A program made the translations under genes and the position numbers. A DNA stretch of 64,000 bases from the NCBI GenBank assembly GCA_035530055.1, contig DATKVN010000010.1:6344-70343 (forward strand). The letters run 5' to 3'. Shown in pieces: positions 47,855-56,638 of the stretch; position 1 is the first letter of the stretch; every line of letters starts with the position of its first letter. The DNA is from a bacterium. Lineage in GTDB: Bacteria > UBA6262 > WVXT01. Under the pieces are notes generated by a model. That model did no database searches, was not told the origin of the DNA, and saw nothing but the letters and a program-made list of their open reading frames with translations.

Positions 47855-47960
47855 CCCCCTCGCCCCTGGCCGTGGCTCGTGCCACCCTGGCCGTTAAGGC
47901 CCAGAATGGACAGGCGCACAGGCAGGCCTAACTCTCTCCCCCAAGGGGGATAGGGAACTT
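47855..47960. repeat. Repeat family CCTGGCCGTGGCTCGTGCCA...GGCAGGCCTAACTCTCTCCCCCAAGGGGGA
   Basis: A second copy with about 80% identity lies at 54140-54235. Confidence 0.7.
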
Positions 47961-47972
47961 TTTTCCCATTTG

Positions 47973-49178
47973 TCAAATCTCTTCCCAAAGGAAGAGTTGT
48001 TTGTCTATTTCTGGTTCGAGTTCCTTCTTTGCAGGATAAAATTTTCCATTTAGAGTTATAAATTTTCGTGCTCGTTTAACAACCGTGCCCAACTTTTTCA
48101 ACTGTTCCAGTTCCTTCAATTTAGTGTTTTTCCTTATATCCAGAATTTTCCTAGCTGATATTCTACCAATTCCAGGAACTCTGATCAGTTCTTCGAACGA
48201 AGCTTTATTTATTTCTACCGGAAACCTGTCTGTATTACTTAAAGCCCATACTAACTTGGGGTCTTTATCCAGATAGAGATCCCCTTTCTCATCAAAAATC
48301 AATTCCTCTGGAGTGAAATTATATTTCCGTAAGAGAAAATCGGCCTGATAAAGACGGAATTCTCTCAAAGGAGGACAAGGACGCAAGTTCTCCAAAGGAG
48401 TATCTTCTACCGGAGTGAAAGCACTGTAATAGACTCTACGAAGGTTATGGCCTCTATAAAGATTGTGACTCAGAGAAAGGATTTCCTTATCCCCCTCCTT
48501 TGCCGCTCCTACTACGAGCTGAGTGGTCACTCCTCCTTTCAAGGGATGTTTCCCATGAAAAGAGGCAATCTTCTTCAACCCATCGAGCAGTTCTCGATGG
48601 AAATTCTTATCCGCAGATAGTTCAGAAAGGCATTTCTGGTTTGGTGCTTCTAAGTTCATAGAGAGCCTATCTGCTAATCTTCCTGTGGCTTCGATGAGGC
48701 CAGTATCTACACCAGGCAGAATTTTACAGTGTATATATCCCTGGTAATTATACCGTTGCCTTAAAATCTTTAGAGTCCCCAGCATCTTTTCTTGACTGGC
48801 ATTAGGAGAAACATTTATTGCTGAAGAAAGAAAAAGCCCTTTAACCCACCTTTTCTTATAGTATTCCAGGAAAAGAGAAGCAAGCTCTTGAGGTGTGAAT
48901 TCTATTCGAGGACAATCTCTGTCTTTCCTATTTACGCAGTAGAAGCAGTTGTTCTCGCAAAAATTAGTTTGCAGAACTTTAAACAGATTTATACATTCAC
49001 CTTTTTGTCCTGCCGCAGGATAGATGAGACTGGAACGGGCAATGTGTTTCTTAGGGAAAATAGCCAGGGGGAAACCAGTTACATCGAAGCCAGCCAGTTC
49101 TCCCAATAAGTTTGCTTTATGATGTAAATTCTGTTTTTTCATACTCAAATTACGGGCATAAAGCCCCTGGGCGACCAT
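47973..49178 (-). CDS. Putative DNA modification/repair radical SAM protein (TIGR03916-like) with C-terminal HhH
   Basis: CENNCFYC (CxxxCxxC) and a C-terminal helix-hairpin-helix (FEELIRVPGIGRISARKI). Confidence 0.7.
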   Translation of the reverse strand: MVAQGLYARNLSMKKQNLHHKANLLGELAGFDVTGFPLAIFPKKHIARSSLIYPAAGQKGECINLFKVLQTNFCENNCFYCVNRKDRDCPRIEFTPQELASLFLEYYKKRWVKGLFLSSAINVSPNASQEKMLGTLKILRQRYNYQGYIHCKILPGVDTGLIEATGRLADRLSMNLEAPNQKCLSELSADKNFHRELLDGLKKIASFHGKHPLKGGVTTQLVVGAAKEGDKEILSLSHNLYRGHNLRRVYYSAFTPVEDTPLENLRPCPPLREFRLYQADFLLRKYNFTPEELIFDEKGDLYLDKDPKLVWALSNTDRFPVEINKASFEELIRVPGIGRISARKILDIRKNTKLKELEQLKKLGTVVKRARKFITLNGKFYPAKKELEPEIDKQLFLWEEI

Positions 49179-49340
49179 AAAGGTCGCCCCTACGCGACCA
49201 AAACATTATCCGTAGTGTAGCCCTTTATGGGCGTAATCTCTACGGGGACAAGCCCCTACACTACTTACATTGACGCACCGTTACGGACATAAAGACCTGC
49301 ATTGCCAATGAAGCAGAGCTTCGCTCTGCTGCTACATTCG
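49179..49340. repeat. REPIN-like doublets: TACGGGCATAAAGCCCCTG ... GTAGTGTAGCCCTTTATGGGCGTAAT...TACGGGGACAAGCCCCTACACTAC plus GCAGAGCTTCGCTCTGC
   Basis: Inverted pairs begin with GTAG. The same unit occurs at 30170-30265 and 58595-58650. Confidence 0.8.
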
Positions 49341-49428
49341 TTTACCAGAATGAGCGCCTATACTCCTTTACTTTTTCTTCTTTTTTGGCTTCTTCTTCTC
49401 TCTCTTGGCCGGTACTTTCCCTGGCATA

Positions 49429-49929
49429 CTAATCACCACCCCTTTTTCCAAGTTTTTCCATTAAGATAGGAAGATTAACAATGTCTTCTTTATTATACTC
49501 CAGTAACACTTGTAAGGCCTTTTTGTTATTTTCTTTTTCGTATTGGTACCATAGTTCCATAGCTACCCAGCCATCTACCTCTTTCAGGCGTCTTTTAATT
49601 CCTAGTATTTGTTCGACTTTTTTTAAACCACCATAAAGATTTCTTTCCCAGCAGTCGTACATCAAGTCGTAGGTTGCGAAAAAATCATCCAAATCTACAC
49701 TCAGCTTCTCCTTTATGACCGGGAGATCAAACCTGCTCCCATTGTAAGTGTAAATGGCAGTTGTCCCCACAAGGCTCTTAAGCAAGTTTGGCTTGGTAAT
49801 TTCTTTTCCCACTAACTGAATTAGCGTGCCATCCCCGCGATATATTCCCAGAACAGTTATTTCTCCTTCAAATGAGGTCTCAATGTCCAGAAAAGCTTTC
49901 ATAATTCGTCTTTCTACCGGAGCAAACAT
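49429..49929 (-). CDS. RNase H-like 3'-5' exonuclease domain protein (COG3359/YprB-like)
   Basis: FLDIETS ... YNGSRFDLPVI ... YNKEDIVNL matches the DEDD-type exonuclease motifs I, II and III. Confidence 0.6.
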   Translation of the reverse strand: MFAPVERRIMKAFLDIETSFEGEITVLGIYRGDGTLIQLVGKEITKPNLLKSLVGTTAIYTYNGSRFDLPVIKEKLSVDLDDFFATYDLMYDCWERNLYGGLKKVEQILGIKRRLKEVDGWVAMELWYQYEKENNKKALQVLLEYNKEDIVNLPILMEKLGKRGGD

Positions 49930-50921
49930 TCTTGTGGAATTCTCTCCATAGTTGCTATTTCGGCAGCCCTTTTCAGGAAGCCATCAAATCTCCTGCCTTG
50001 CCTGTATCCTCCACACCAATCTAAGGAACTATCAAACTTTTGAAAGAATTCGTTTATCCGTCTAATAAATATTTCTCTGATGTATTTGCCAAAAATTGAG
50101 GAAAGGGAGATGGGAAAGATGAACTTATCACCGGACTTGATAAAACAGAGCTTCAATTTTTTCTTTTTATGGAAGACTGTAAAAATATCTATTCCCTCTT
50201 TTGTAGGAAAAGGTTGAATTTCAAATCTCTCTCCCAAGCAACTCAAAATTTTCTTCTTTCCCCAGCCATCTATCTTCCCTGAAAAAAAGGAAATTTCTTC
50301 TTCTGGGTAGTTTTCCAGAAATAGATTAATAAAATCACCTATTGTTTGAACCTCGAGCCAGTACTTATCCAGATTTTTCTCTCCCGTCTTATTAAGAATG
50401 GAAGGACAAAATATTCCACTTTTCCAAAAAATGAATTCAATTCTCTTTTTTCTTAACGTCTCTTTCAATTTTTCTGAGATATTTTCTATAAATTGAGTTT
50501 CTGCTTTCCAGGCGGGGAGATTGTAGGGAGCACCGATTCCACAGAGGGAGCTTTTCCAATTTACAGGACAATCACTAAGAAGACCCTGTCCATTGAGAAC
50601 TATTTTGGAGAAAAAATCGTTATCGAAATCTTGGGGCAATTTTCTATTCAAAAGAGAATAGAAAGCAAGTACTGTAGCCTCTGCTAATTTATATGTTTTC
50701 TGGTTATTGCTCTTGAAAAGTTCTTTACTATCACAGACAATGAGGCTCTTCTTATCACTTTTATCTTTTGAAACTACCTTTTTAAGCTCATTCCAGAAAA
50801 AATCTTTATTGAAGTCATAACCTCTTTCTATTCTAAAGGCAGTAGCGGTTACCACCAGAGGTCCCAACATTCTCTGGTTCCGAAAACCTAATCCATTCTC
50901 ATCAATTCCTACAATGAGCAT
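49914..50921 (-). CDS. RNase HII-family-like protein with C-terminal extension
   Basis: N-terminal GIDENGLG (DE) and the downstream CDSK motif typical of RNase HII, plus about 150 extra C-terminal residues. Confidence 0.45.
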   Translation of the reverse strand: MLIVGIDENGLGFRNQRMLGPLVVTATAFRIERGYDFNKDFFWNELKKVVSKDKSDKKSLIVCDSKELFKSNNQKTYKLAEATVLAFYSLLNRKLPQDFDNDFFSKIVLNGQGLLSDCPVNWKSSLCGIGAPYNLPAWKAETQFIENISEKLKETLRKKRIEFIFWKSGIFCPSILNKTGEKNLDKYWLEVQTIGDFINLFLENYPEEEISFFSGKIDGWGKKKILSCLGERFEIQPFPTKEGIDIFTVFHKKKKLKLCFIKSGDKFIFPISLSSIFGKYIREIFIRRINEFFQKFDSSLDWCGGYRQGRRFDGFLKRAAEIATMERIPQECLLR

Positions 50922-50936
50922 TTTTGAATCTCAAAC

Positions 50937-51446
50937 TCAATATTTTTCCCAGTGGAGGACGTCTTTCAGTTTTCTCTTGGCCGGCTTCGGTTCCTCTTTA
51001 CTATAACCCAGGGGAATGAGAGTGATTAGTTTAAAATTTTGAGGTGCTCCGAGCAGTTGGCGGACCTTCTCTGCATATAGTTTCTTGTCTCCAGCTACCC
51101 AGCAGGCTCCTAATCCATGTGCGTGAGCAGCTAAGAGTATGTTCTCTGTTGCTGCACAACCATCTTCTAAGTAGTATTTCGTCTGGCGAGAAAAAATGAC
51201 AATGCAGACAGGAGCCTCCACAATAAACCTGCCGTAATCGGTCATTTCTGCTATTTTCTTCCTGATTTCCTCCTTGGTAACCACAATGAACTCTACAGGT
51301 TGTATGTTCACTGCACTGGGAGCAAGTCGACCACAATCGATGATATCTTTAATTACTTTTTTGGGGACAGGCGTAGGCAAAAATTTTCTTTTACTTCTTC
51401 TGGTCTTCAACGCTTCAATTGCTTTCATAGTTATTTTCCTTATCAA
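50937..51446 (-). CDS. Nitroreductase family protein
   Basis: 169 aa. RRSKRKF...LAPSAVNIQP and the C-terminal PLGY fit the FMN-nitroreductase fold. Confidence 0.8.
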   Translation of the reverse strand: MIRKITMKAIEALKTRRSKRKFLPTPVPKKVIKDIIDCGRLAPSAVNIQPVEFIVVTKEEIRKKIAEMTDYGRFIVEAPVCIVIFSRQTKYYLEDGCAATENILLAAHAHGLGACWVAGDKKLYAEKVRQLLGAPQNFKLITLIPLGYSKEEPKPAKRKLKDVLHWEKY

Positions 51447-51630
51447 ACAAAATTTTTGGTATTTCCTTGTTTTTTATCTTATATCTTTTTGGAAAAAAAG
51501 TCAATATTCCCAAATAATAACTGGTAGTCAGGGACTTCATCTTTTGGAGTCCTCCCGAAAGGGAGGAAAGACCCCCTATTTCATCGGGGGAACCCAGAAG
51601 TTGCGGTTACTAAATAATAAAATAGAAAGG

Positions 51631-51922
51631 CTTGAAATGAACCTGTAAGCCGAATCCTGTATTCCGACTACAAATCGGAACGATGGTTATTTATCTAAGC
51701 GACCAACCCATAGAGTAGTAACGAGACGGGCCGTCTCTCCTCTGCTATTCGGTCTTGCTCCGAGTGGGGTTTAGCCTTTTCACTACAGCATTACCTGTAC
51801 CTGGTTTCTGTGCCACTTTCCGTAGGATCGCTCCCCTTCCGTTTACACGGAACACCCTGCCCTGTGGAGTTCGGACTTTCCTCTCCGATAAATATCGGAG
51901 CAACCATCCGGTTCACTTCAAA
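51631..51922 (-). ncRNA. rnpB: RNase P RNA, bacterial type A, compact
   Basis: Minus strand reads GAAGUGAACC...AGGAAAGUCCGAACUCCACAGGGCAGGGUG...GGAAAGUGCCACAGAAA...AAACCCCACUCGGAGCAAGACCGAAUAG...ACGGCCCGUC...CGCUUAGAUAAAUAACC...GGCUUACAGGUUCAUUUC. The P1 helix pairs 5' GAAGUGAACC with 3' GGUUCAUUUC. Confidence 0.85.
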
Positions 51923-51934
51923 CCTATATATACG

Positions 51935-52047
51935 CAGGCTAAAGCCTGCGGCTACCATTTATTATTGGGTAGTCGCAACCTTTAGGTTGCGTTATGTACG
52001 CAGACTAAAGTCTGCTACTCCTAAGACGCTCCGATGAATCGGAGCTA
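51935..52047. repeat. Hairpin modules (GCAGGCTAAAGCCTGC; GCAACCTTTAGGTTGC; GCAGACTAAAGTCTGC; CCGATGAATCGG, each followed by (G)CTAC)
   Basis: Same family as 9440-9530 and 42385-42440. It abuts the rnhA stop. Confidence 0.8.
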
Positions 52048-52650
52048 CTACTTTTTTATTGCTATACTGGCAAGTTGGTCGGCTACCTTATTCTTATTTC
52101 TACCTATCAGGCAATAAGTCACTTTTTCAAACTTGCCTTCGAGGTTTTTTGCTTGTTGGAATAGTCTCCGTAGGTCTTTGTTGTTTATTCGAAACCTTCC
52201 GTCCATCTGATTAATCAACAATTGGGAATCGCTGAATACGTTAACACTTTGCGCTAATAGCTTTTTACTCTCTTTCAATCCCTGAATTAAAGCCTTGTAT
52301 TCAGCTACATTGTTAGTTGCTAAACCGATATATTTATTTACCTCTTTAATTTTCTTCTTTTTCTCATCATAAATAACTACCCCGATCCCGGAAGGGCCGG
52401 GATTGGGCTCTGCAGATCCATCGACATATACCTTGAGATTTCTGTATCTTTTAACTCCGGGGAAAGATTTTACCATAGAAGCTGCAACGGAGATAGCTTT
52501 CCATATTTCTTTATCGGTGAGCCCAGGAAGTCTCTTCTTTGCTGAGCGAAAAGACTTCTCCTGGGCAAGAGTGTTCAATATCCTGTAGGTCTCTTCCCTT
52601 AACTCAGATTCCTTCACTTTTCTTCCTTCAGATATAGTATCCTCAAACAA
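52048..52650 (-). CDS. rnhA: Ribonuclease HI with N-terminal extension
   Basis: RNase H catalytic DEDD residues in VYVDGSA, AEYKAL, SDSQLLI and the C-terminal D. 200 aa. Confidence 0.85.
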   Translation of the reverse strand: MFEDTISEGRKVKESELREETYRILNTLAQEKSFRSAKKRLPGLTDKEIWKAISVAASMVKSFPGVKRYRNLKVYVDGSAEPNPGPSGIGVVIYDEKKKKIKEVNKYIGLATNNVAEYKALIQGLKESKKLLAQSVNVFSDSQLLINQMDGRFRINNKDLRRLFQQAKNLEGKFEKVTYCLIGRNKNKVADQLASIAIKK

Positions 52651-53324
52651 TTTCTACAAGCTACTAGGTCTTCCCCTTTCAAAACATCATTTATAACCTG
52701 AGGTGGTAAGACTATGCTACACCCTCCACAAAATCCATTAGTTAACGGAACAACTGCCACTCCATCCTTCTTTTCCCTTATTCTCTGATACCTTTTAAAT
52801 ATTTCCGATTCGATGTTAGCTATTTTCTGTTTCTGTTCCGATTGAACTTCCTGTAGATTCTGCTTTAAGCGTTGCAATCTGTCTTCTAATTCCTTTTGTT
52901 GTTTAGTAACTTCTTCTTTCTTCTTAGCCAGCTCTTCTTTTTTTATCTTCTCTTCGGTAAGTAAAGCATCCTCTTGCTCCATCACTGCAAGAACTGTATT
53001 TTCAATATCATTTTTTAACTTCTTACCTTCCTCAATTTCTTTCAGTAATGCAGTATAGGCTTCGTTTGTCTTTATTGAAAAGAGTTCGCTCTGATGTTTT
53101 TTAAGTTCTTCCTCTTTGGTCTTGAGTTCGAGTTCTTTACTTTTCCTACCTACTTGTAGTTCAGCCATCTTCTTTTTCGACTCGTTAAACGATGCCTGGC
53201 TTTCTTCAAACTCTCTTTTCAATCTGTCAATTTCTTGGGGGATCTGGTCGATTTCACTTCGAATGCGGTCAAGAAGTAAATCGACTTCCTGCAACTCGAT
53301 TAATCTCTCTAATTGTTCATTCAC
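52614..53324 (-). CDS. COG1579-type coiled-coil + C4 zinc-ribbon protein (DUF164)
   Basis: Long coiled coil plus a C-terminal CGGCSIVLPPQ...CRNC. This family is classically adjacent to RNase HI (as with Rv2229c next to Rv2228c). Confidence 0.7.
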   Translation of the reverse strand: MNEQLERLIELQEVDLLLDRIRSEIDQIPQEIDRLKREFEESQASFNESKKKMAELQVGRKSKELELKTKEEELKKHQSELFSIKTNEAYTALLKEIEEGKKLKNDIENTVLAVMEQEDALLTEEKIKKEELAKKKEEVTKQQKELEDRLQRLKQNLQEVQSEQKQKIANIESEIFKRYQRIREKKDGVAVVPLTNGFCGGCSIVLPPQVINDVLKGEDLVACRNCLRILYLKEEK

Positions 53325-53411
53325 GTCCGCTCCCCAAAAAAAATCTAACTTACTTATACTAAATTTTTAGGGGAAAGTCAACTTGAAAGTTCCTCTAAAA
53401 GTTATCCGATT

Positions 53412-54122
53412 TCACCTGGAGTGACCTATGGGCATTATAAATAAGGGTTCTATGTCTTTTTCGAACTCAAGAGTTGTCTTTACGAATTTTTTGTCTACAG
53501 AAGCTACAAAGCAGGTTCCTAATTTTAATGCCGCGCACTGCAAGTAAACGTTTTCTCCAATGGCTCCTGCTTCTGCGCTGACGAAAGAAATTTTCCTGGT
53601 CATAGAAAACTCAGACAATTTCGAGAAATCCGCAACAAACATCAAAATAACAGGAGCGGTCTTCACGTATTCCTGTGTGCCTATACCTTTCCGTATATCT
53701 CTATTACTAATGGATAAGAGAGAATGGTTTTCGGGAATATAGAGGAAAGTGCCTTTGCTTGTAGCAACATAAACTGAGACCGAATAGCGAGCCGTTGCTG
53801 AAGGAGAAGTAAGCTTTCCATTAGGACGATTAACTCCTCTTGCTGCCCATAGGATTTGTCCGATCTCTTTTTCCTTTAATTCCTTACTGGAAAAACCCTC
53901 CTTGCTCGACCGACGAAGATTCAGTGCTTTTTCAAGACTAACTTTACTTTTTTTCTTGGGGGCTGGTAATTTCCACTCTTCTTGCGTGGACTTTGATACT
54001 TCTTCAGCAAAACCACACGACATTATAGACCACCCAACCCCGATAGCAAAGCTTAACACCATAATTTTCCAGAAATTCTTTTTCAATTTAGTCCTCCTTT
54101 CCAATAAAGTTGCATCTGCCAT
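53412..54122 (-). CDS. SagB/ThcOx-type nitroreductase-fold dehydrogenase, probably lipoprotein
   Basis: GQILWAARGV ... AGAIGENVYLQCAAL fit the nitroreductase fold. Start chosen at MADATLL. The n-region RRTKLKK, hydrophobic core and IMSC lipobox suggest lipoprotein export. Confidence 0.65.
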   Translation of the reverse strand: MADATLLERRTKLKKNFWKIMVLSFAIGVGWSIMSCGFAEEVSKSTQEEWKLPAPKKKSKVSLEKALNLRRSSKEGFSSKELKEKEIGQILWAARGVNRPNGKLTSPSATARYSVSVYVATSKGTFLYIPENHSLLSISNRDIRKGIGTQEYVKTAPVILMFVADFSKLSEFSMTRKISFVSAEAGAIGENVYLQCAALKLGTCFVASVDKKFVKTTLEFEKDIEPLFIMPIGHSR

Positions 54123-54249
54123 AAAATTATTTTCCCCGCACCCCTGACCGTGGCTCGTGCCAGGCACGGGCAGGTCCTGGCTGTGGCAGGCTTAACCCTC
54201 TCCCCAGAGAGGAAAGGGAGTTTTTTCTCCGTTTATTAAGAAGTAACTG

Positions 54250-54284
54250 CACAAAGAAAAGAGCGACTCTGGAGGGAGTCGCTC
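54250..54284 (-). terminator. Rho-independent terminator downstream of the lysine-rich micro-ORF
   Basis: Stem GAGCGACTC / GAGTCGCTC (54261-54269 and 54276-54284), followed on the minus strand by UUUUCUUUGU. Confidence 0.55.
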
Positions 54285-54320
54285 CTTTCTTTTAAAAATC
54301 TTTTAAGATGTAATTCTTTT

Positions 54321-54392
54321 TTAACACGATTTTTTCTTTTTCTTCTTGCCCTTTTTTTTCTTCTTGGCCTTCTTTTTCTTCTTAGCTGCCAT
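54321..54392 (-). CDS. Candidate 23-aa poly-lysine micro-protein (MAAKKKKKAKKKKKGKKKKKKSC)
   Basis: GGAGGTG RBS 6 nt upstream of the ATG at 54392, TAA stop at 54321-54323, then a terminator. It is not in the supplied ORF track because it is too short. Confidence 0.35.
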   Translation of the reverse strand: MAAKKKKKAKKKKKGKKKKKKSC

Positions 54393-54449
54393 CGATTTCA
54401 CCTCCCCCCTTTAAAAAAAACTAGGAATTTAAAATTCCAATCGTTAACC

Positions 54450-54521
54450 TGGGCAATGCTGGGGTTGAACCAGCGACTTCTGCCTTGTGAAAGCAGCGCT
54501 CTCCCGCTGAGCTAATTGCCC
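54450..54521 (-). tRNA. tRNA-Val (anticodon CAC), CCA not encoded
   Basis: Reverse complement GGGCAATTAGCTCAGCGGGAGAGCGCTGCTTTCACAAGGCAGAAGTCGCTGGTTCAACCCCAGCATTGCCCA. Anticodon loop TTCACAA, T-loop GGTTCAACC. Confidence 0.9.
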
Positions 54522-54554
54522 TTAAAAAGAATTTTCAAAATTTTCCAACGCAGA

Positions 54555-54666
54555 CCAAGGTCTGCTACTCCACAGTCTTTTGGAGTAGCGAAACTTGTTT
54601 CGCGTTAATAACAAGGTCTGCTACTCCACAGTCTTTTGGAGTAGCGAAACTTGTTTCGCGTTAATA
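54555..54666. repeat. Perfect tandem duplication, 2 x 56 bp (AAGGTCTGCTACTCCACAGTCTTTTGGAGTAGCGAAACTTGTTTCGCGTTAATAAC)
   Basis: Each unit contains the nested inverted repeat GCTACTCC...GGAGTAGC and GCGAAAC-TT-GTTTCGC. A single copy occurs at 61600-61660. Confidence 0.9.
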
Positions 54667-54735
54667 ACGCAGAGCAATCTCTGCTTATTCCTTTTAAAAT
54701 AATTATAATGCGATAATGAAATTTTGTCAAGAAGT

Positions 54736-55317
54736 TTAAAATTTTTTATCTACTTTTTTGGAAATAATATTGCGCCTTTGACTAATGTAAAGTTTCCTAA
54801 TCTGATTAAACGTTTCAATGTACTCCCGGGTTTTATAGTCGGGAAAAGTCCAGGGTCGGAACTTAAAAGTTCCCTGGCTGAAATATAAAGTTATCTCTGC
54901 ATAGATCATCTCTCTTAAATAAATTCTGTTTGGTGAATCTTTAGTGTTGGCTAAGACCAGCTTTGTACAATCGAGATAACCCGGGTCAAGATTAATAAGA
55001 CGGCTTGGTTCATCTTTGGAAAGCGAAAACTTTTCTTCCAGACTGTTGGTAAATAATTTAATCTCTACTAACCCCCTTGGTTCAATTAACTCGCAAAAAC
55101 TTAAAAATCGTCTCTTTAAATTTTTGCCTATCTCTTCTTCGTAGTAATCGGTCTTGTCAAAGTTGAATACATTGCTTTTCAAATCTACCGGCCCAAATTT
55201 CTCAACTAAAATTTGTGTTAGCTGGTCGAAAAGGTCTACATTCGGAGATATCATACCCATTATTAACTTTACTGGTAGAGGTTTTTTTATTTTACGCATT
55301 GTTTGTCCTTTCACCAT
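54736..55317 (-). CDS. Hypothetical protein (possibly DUF4416-like)
   Basis: 193 aa with no recognisable catalytic motif. The assignment is from weak memory of the family only. Confidence 0.35.
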   Translation of the reverse strand: MVKGQTMRKIKKPLPVKLIMGMISPNVDLFDQLTQILVEKFGPVDLKSNVFNFDKTDYYEEEIGKNLKRRFLSFCELIEPRGLVEIKLFTNSLEEKFSLSKDEPSRLINLDPGYLDCTKLVLANTKDSPNRIYLREMIYAEITLYFSQGTFKFRPWTFPDYKTREYIETFNQIRKLYISQRRNIISKKVDKKF

Positions 55318-55357
55318 AGAATTATATACATAAATGGACTATTCATCAAGTGAAAAA

Positions 55358-56623
55358 TTAAAATTTCAATAATTTTACAAATTTTTCTTTATCTGTAAAA
55401 GGACCAACTACTGCCAGATTAAGGTGCTCCTTAACGAAAATCTTTTTGGCTACTCTGTTTATGTCGTCTGAAGTAACTTTTTCAATTTCTTTCATCTGTT
55501 TTTCCGGCAGTTTAATCTCTCCTAAAAGAAGTTCTTGATGGCCCAGAAAACTTGCTACCCCTGGAGAAAGCTCCAGTTCCAGAGCCAGTCTGCCTTTCAA
55601 GTATTCTTTAGCTTTTCCCAATTCTTCTTTTCCAACAATTTCTTGACACATTCTTTTAAACTCTTCCAAAATGGTCGTAATGGCAATTTCTGTTTTGTTT
55701 ATCTCCACTCCCGCATTGACACGCAGGTTCCCCCCATCCAGATAAGATTCCCTTAAAGAATCAACTGAATAAACTATACCTTCTTCTTCTCGAAGCCTAA
55801 CGAAGAGCCGGGAACTTACCATTCCTCCCAGAATCGTATTTAAAACCCTGAGCACATAATAGTCGGGATGTTTATAAGCAAAAGTCCTTACTCCCAGACA
55901 TAGATAAGCCTGGTCAGTCTTTCTATATTGAAGAGTTGTAGCAGGAGCGGTCTGTTTTTCTTCTAAAGGCAGGTAAGAAGGTTTTTTTCTGTTTTTCCAT
56001 CTTCTTAAATACTTCTTAACCAAAGCCGAAGTCTTTCCAGACTGGACATCACCAGCAATGGAAATTACAGTATTATTGGAAGAAAAATTATTCTTCCTAT
56101 AAACCAATAATTTTTCCCGATCGATATTTTTAACTACCTCTTTCTTTCCGATTACTTCCCAGCCCAGGGGCTGGTTGCCGTAGAGTAGAGATTCATAAAT
56201 ATTTACAACCTGAATATCTGGTTTATCCTGATGCATATTAATCTCTTCCAAAATCACGCCTTTTTCCTTTTCAATCTCTTCTCTTTCAAATTTGGAATTA
56301 AGTAACATATCTGAAAGAACATCGAGAGCGAGCTCCAGGTGAGGACTGGCTAAGTGAATGAAAAAGCCAGTGCTCTCTTCGCTGGTATAAGCGTTTAGTT
56401 CTCCTCCTACTCTATCAATAGTTTCGGAAATGGTTTTGGCGCTTGGACGCTTGCTCGTTCCCCTAAAGAACATATGCTCCAAAAAATGGGTAATGCCGTT
56501 CAGTTGCCGAGATTCATAGCGAGACCCTGTTCCAATTAAAATCAAAACAGTGACTGCTCGCGTCCCTTTCATTGGAGCTGTTATGACTTTCAAACCGTTA
56601 TCTATTAGATATTTTTTATACAT
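55358..56623 (-). CDS. M16-family zinc peptidase (insulinase-like)
   Basis: Inverted zinc-binding motif HFLEHMFFRGT (HxxEH) and a downstream E. 421 aa. Confidence 0.85.
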   Translation of the reverse strand: MYKKYLIDNGLKVITAPMKGTRAVTVLILIGTGSRYESRQLNGITHFLEHMFFRGTSKRPSAKTISETIDRVGGELNAYTSEESTGFFIHLASPHLELALDVLSDMLLNSKFEREEIEKEKGVILEEINMHQDKPDIQVVNIYESLLYGNQPLGWEVIGKKEVVKNIDREKLLVYRKNNFSSNNTVISIAGDVQSGKTSALVKKYLRRWKNRKKPSYLPLEEKQTAPATTLQYRKTDQAYLCLGVRTFAYKHPDYYVLRVLNTILGGMVSSRLFVRLREEEGIVYSVDSLRESYLDGGNLRVNAGVEINKTEIAITTILEEFKRMCQEIVGKEELGKAKEYLKGRLALELELSPGVASFLGHQELLLGEIKLPEKQMKEIEKVTSDDINRVAKKIFVKEHLNLAVVGPFTDKEKFVKLLKF

Positions 56624-56638
56624 AGCAAAAAATTCTAT

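Noticed and set aside
54522-54560. Promoter for tRNA-Val
   Set aside because: Only a weak TTGGAA / TTAAGG-like pair could be found. It is not convincing, unlike the near-consensus tRNA-Gly promoter.
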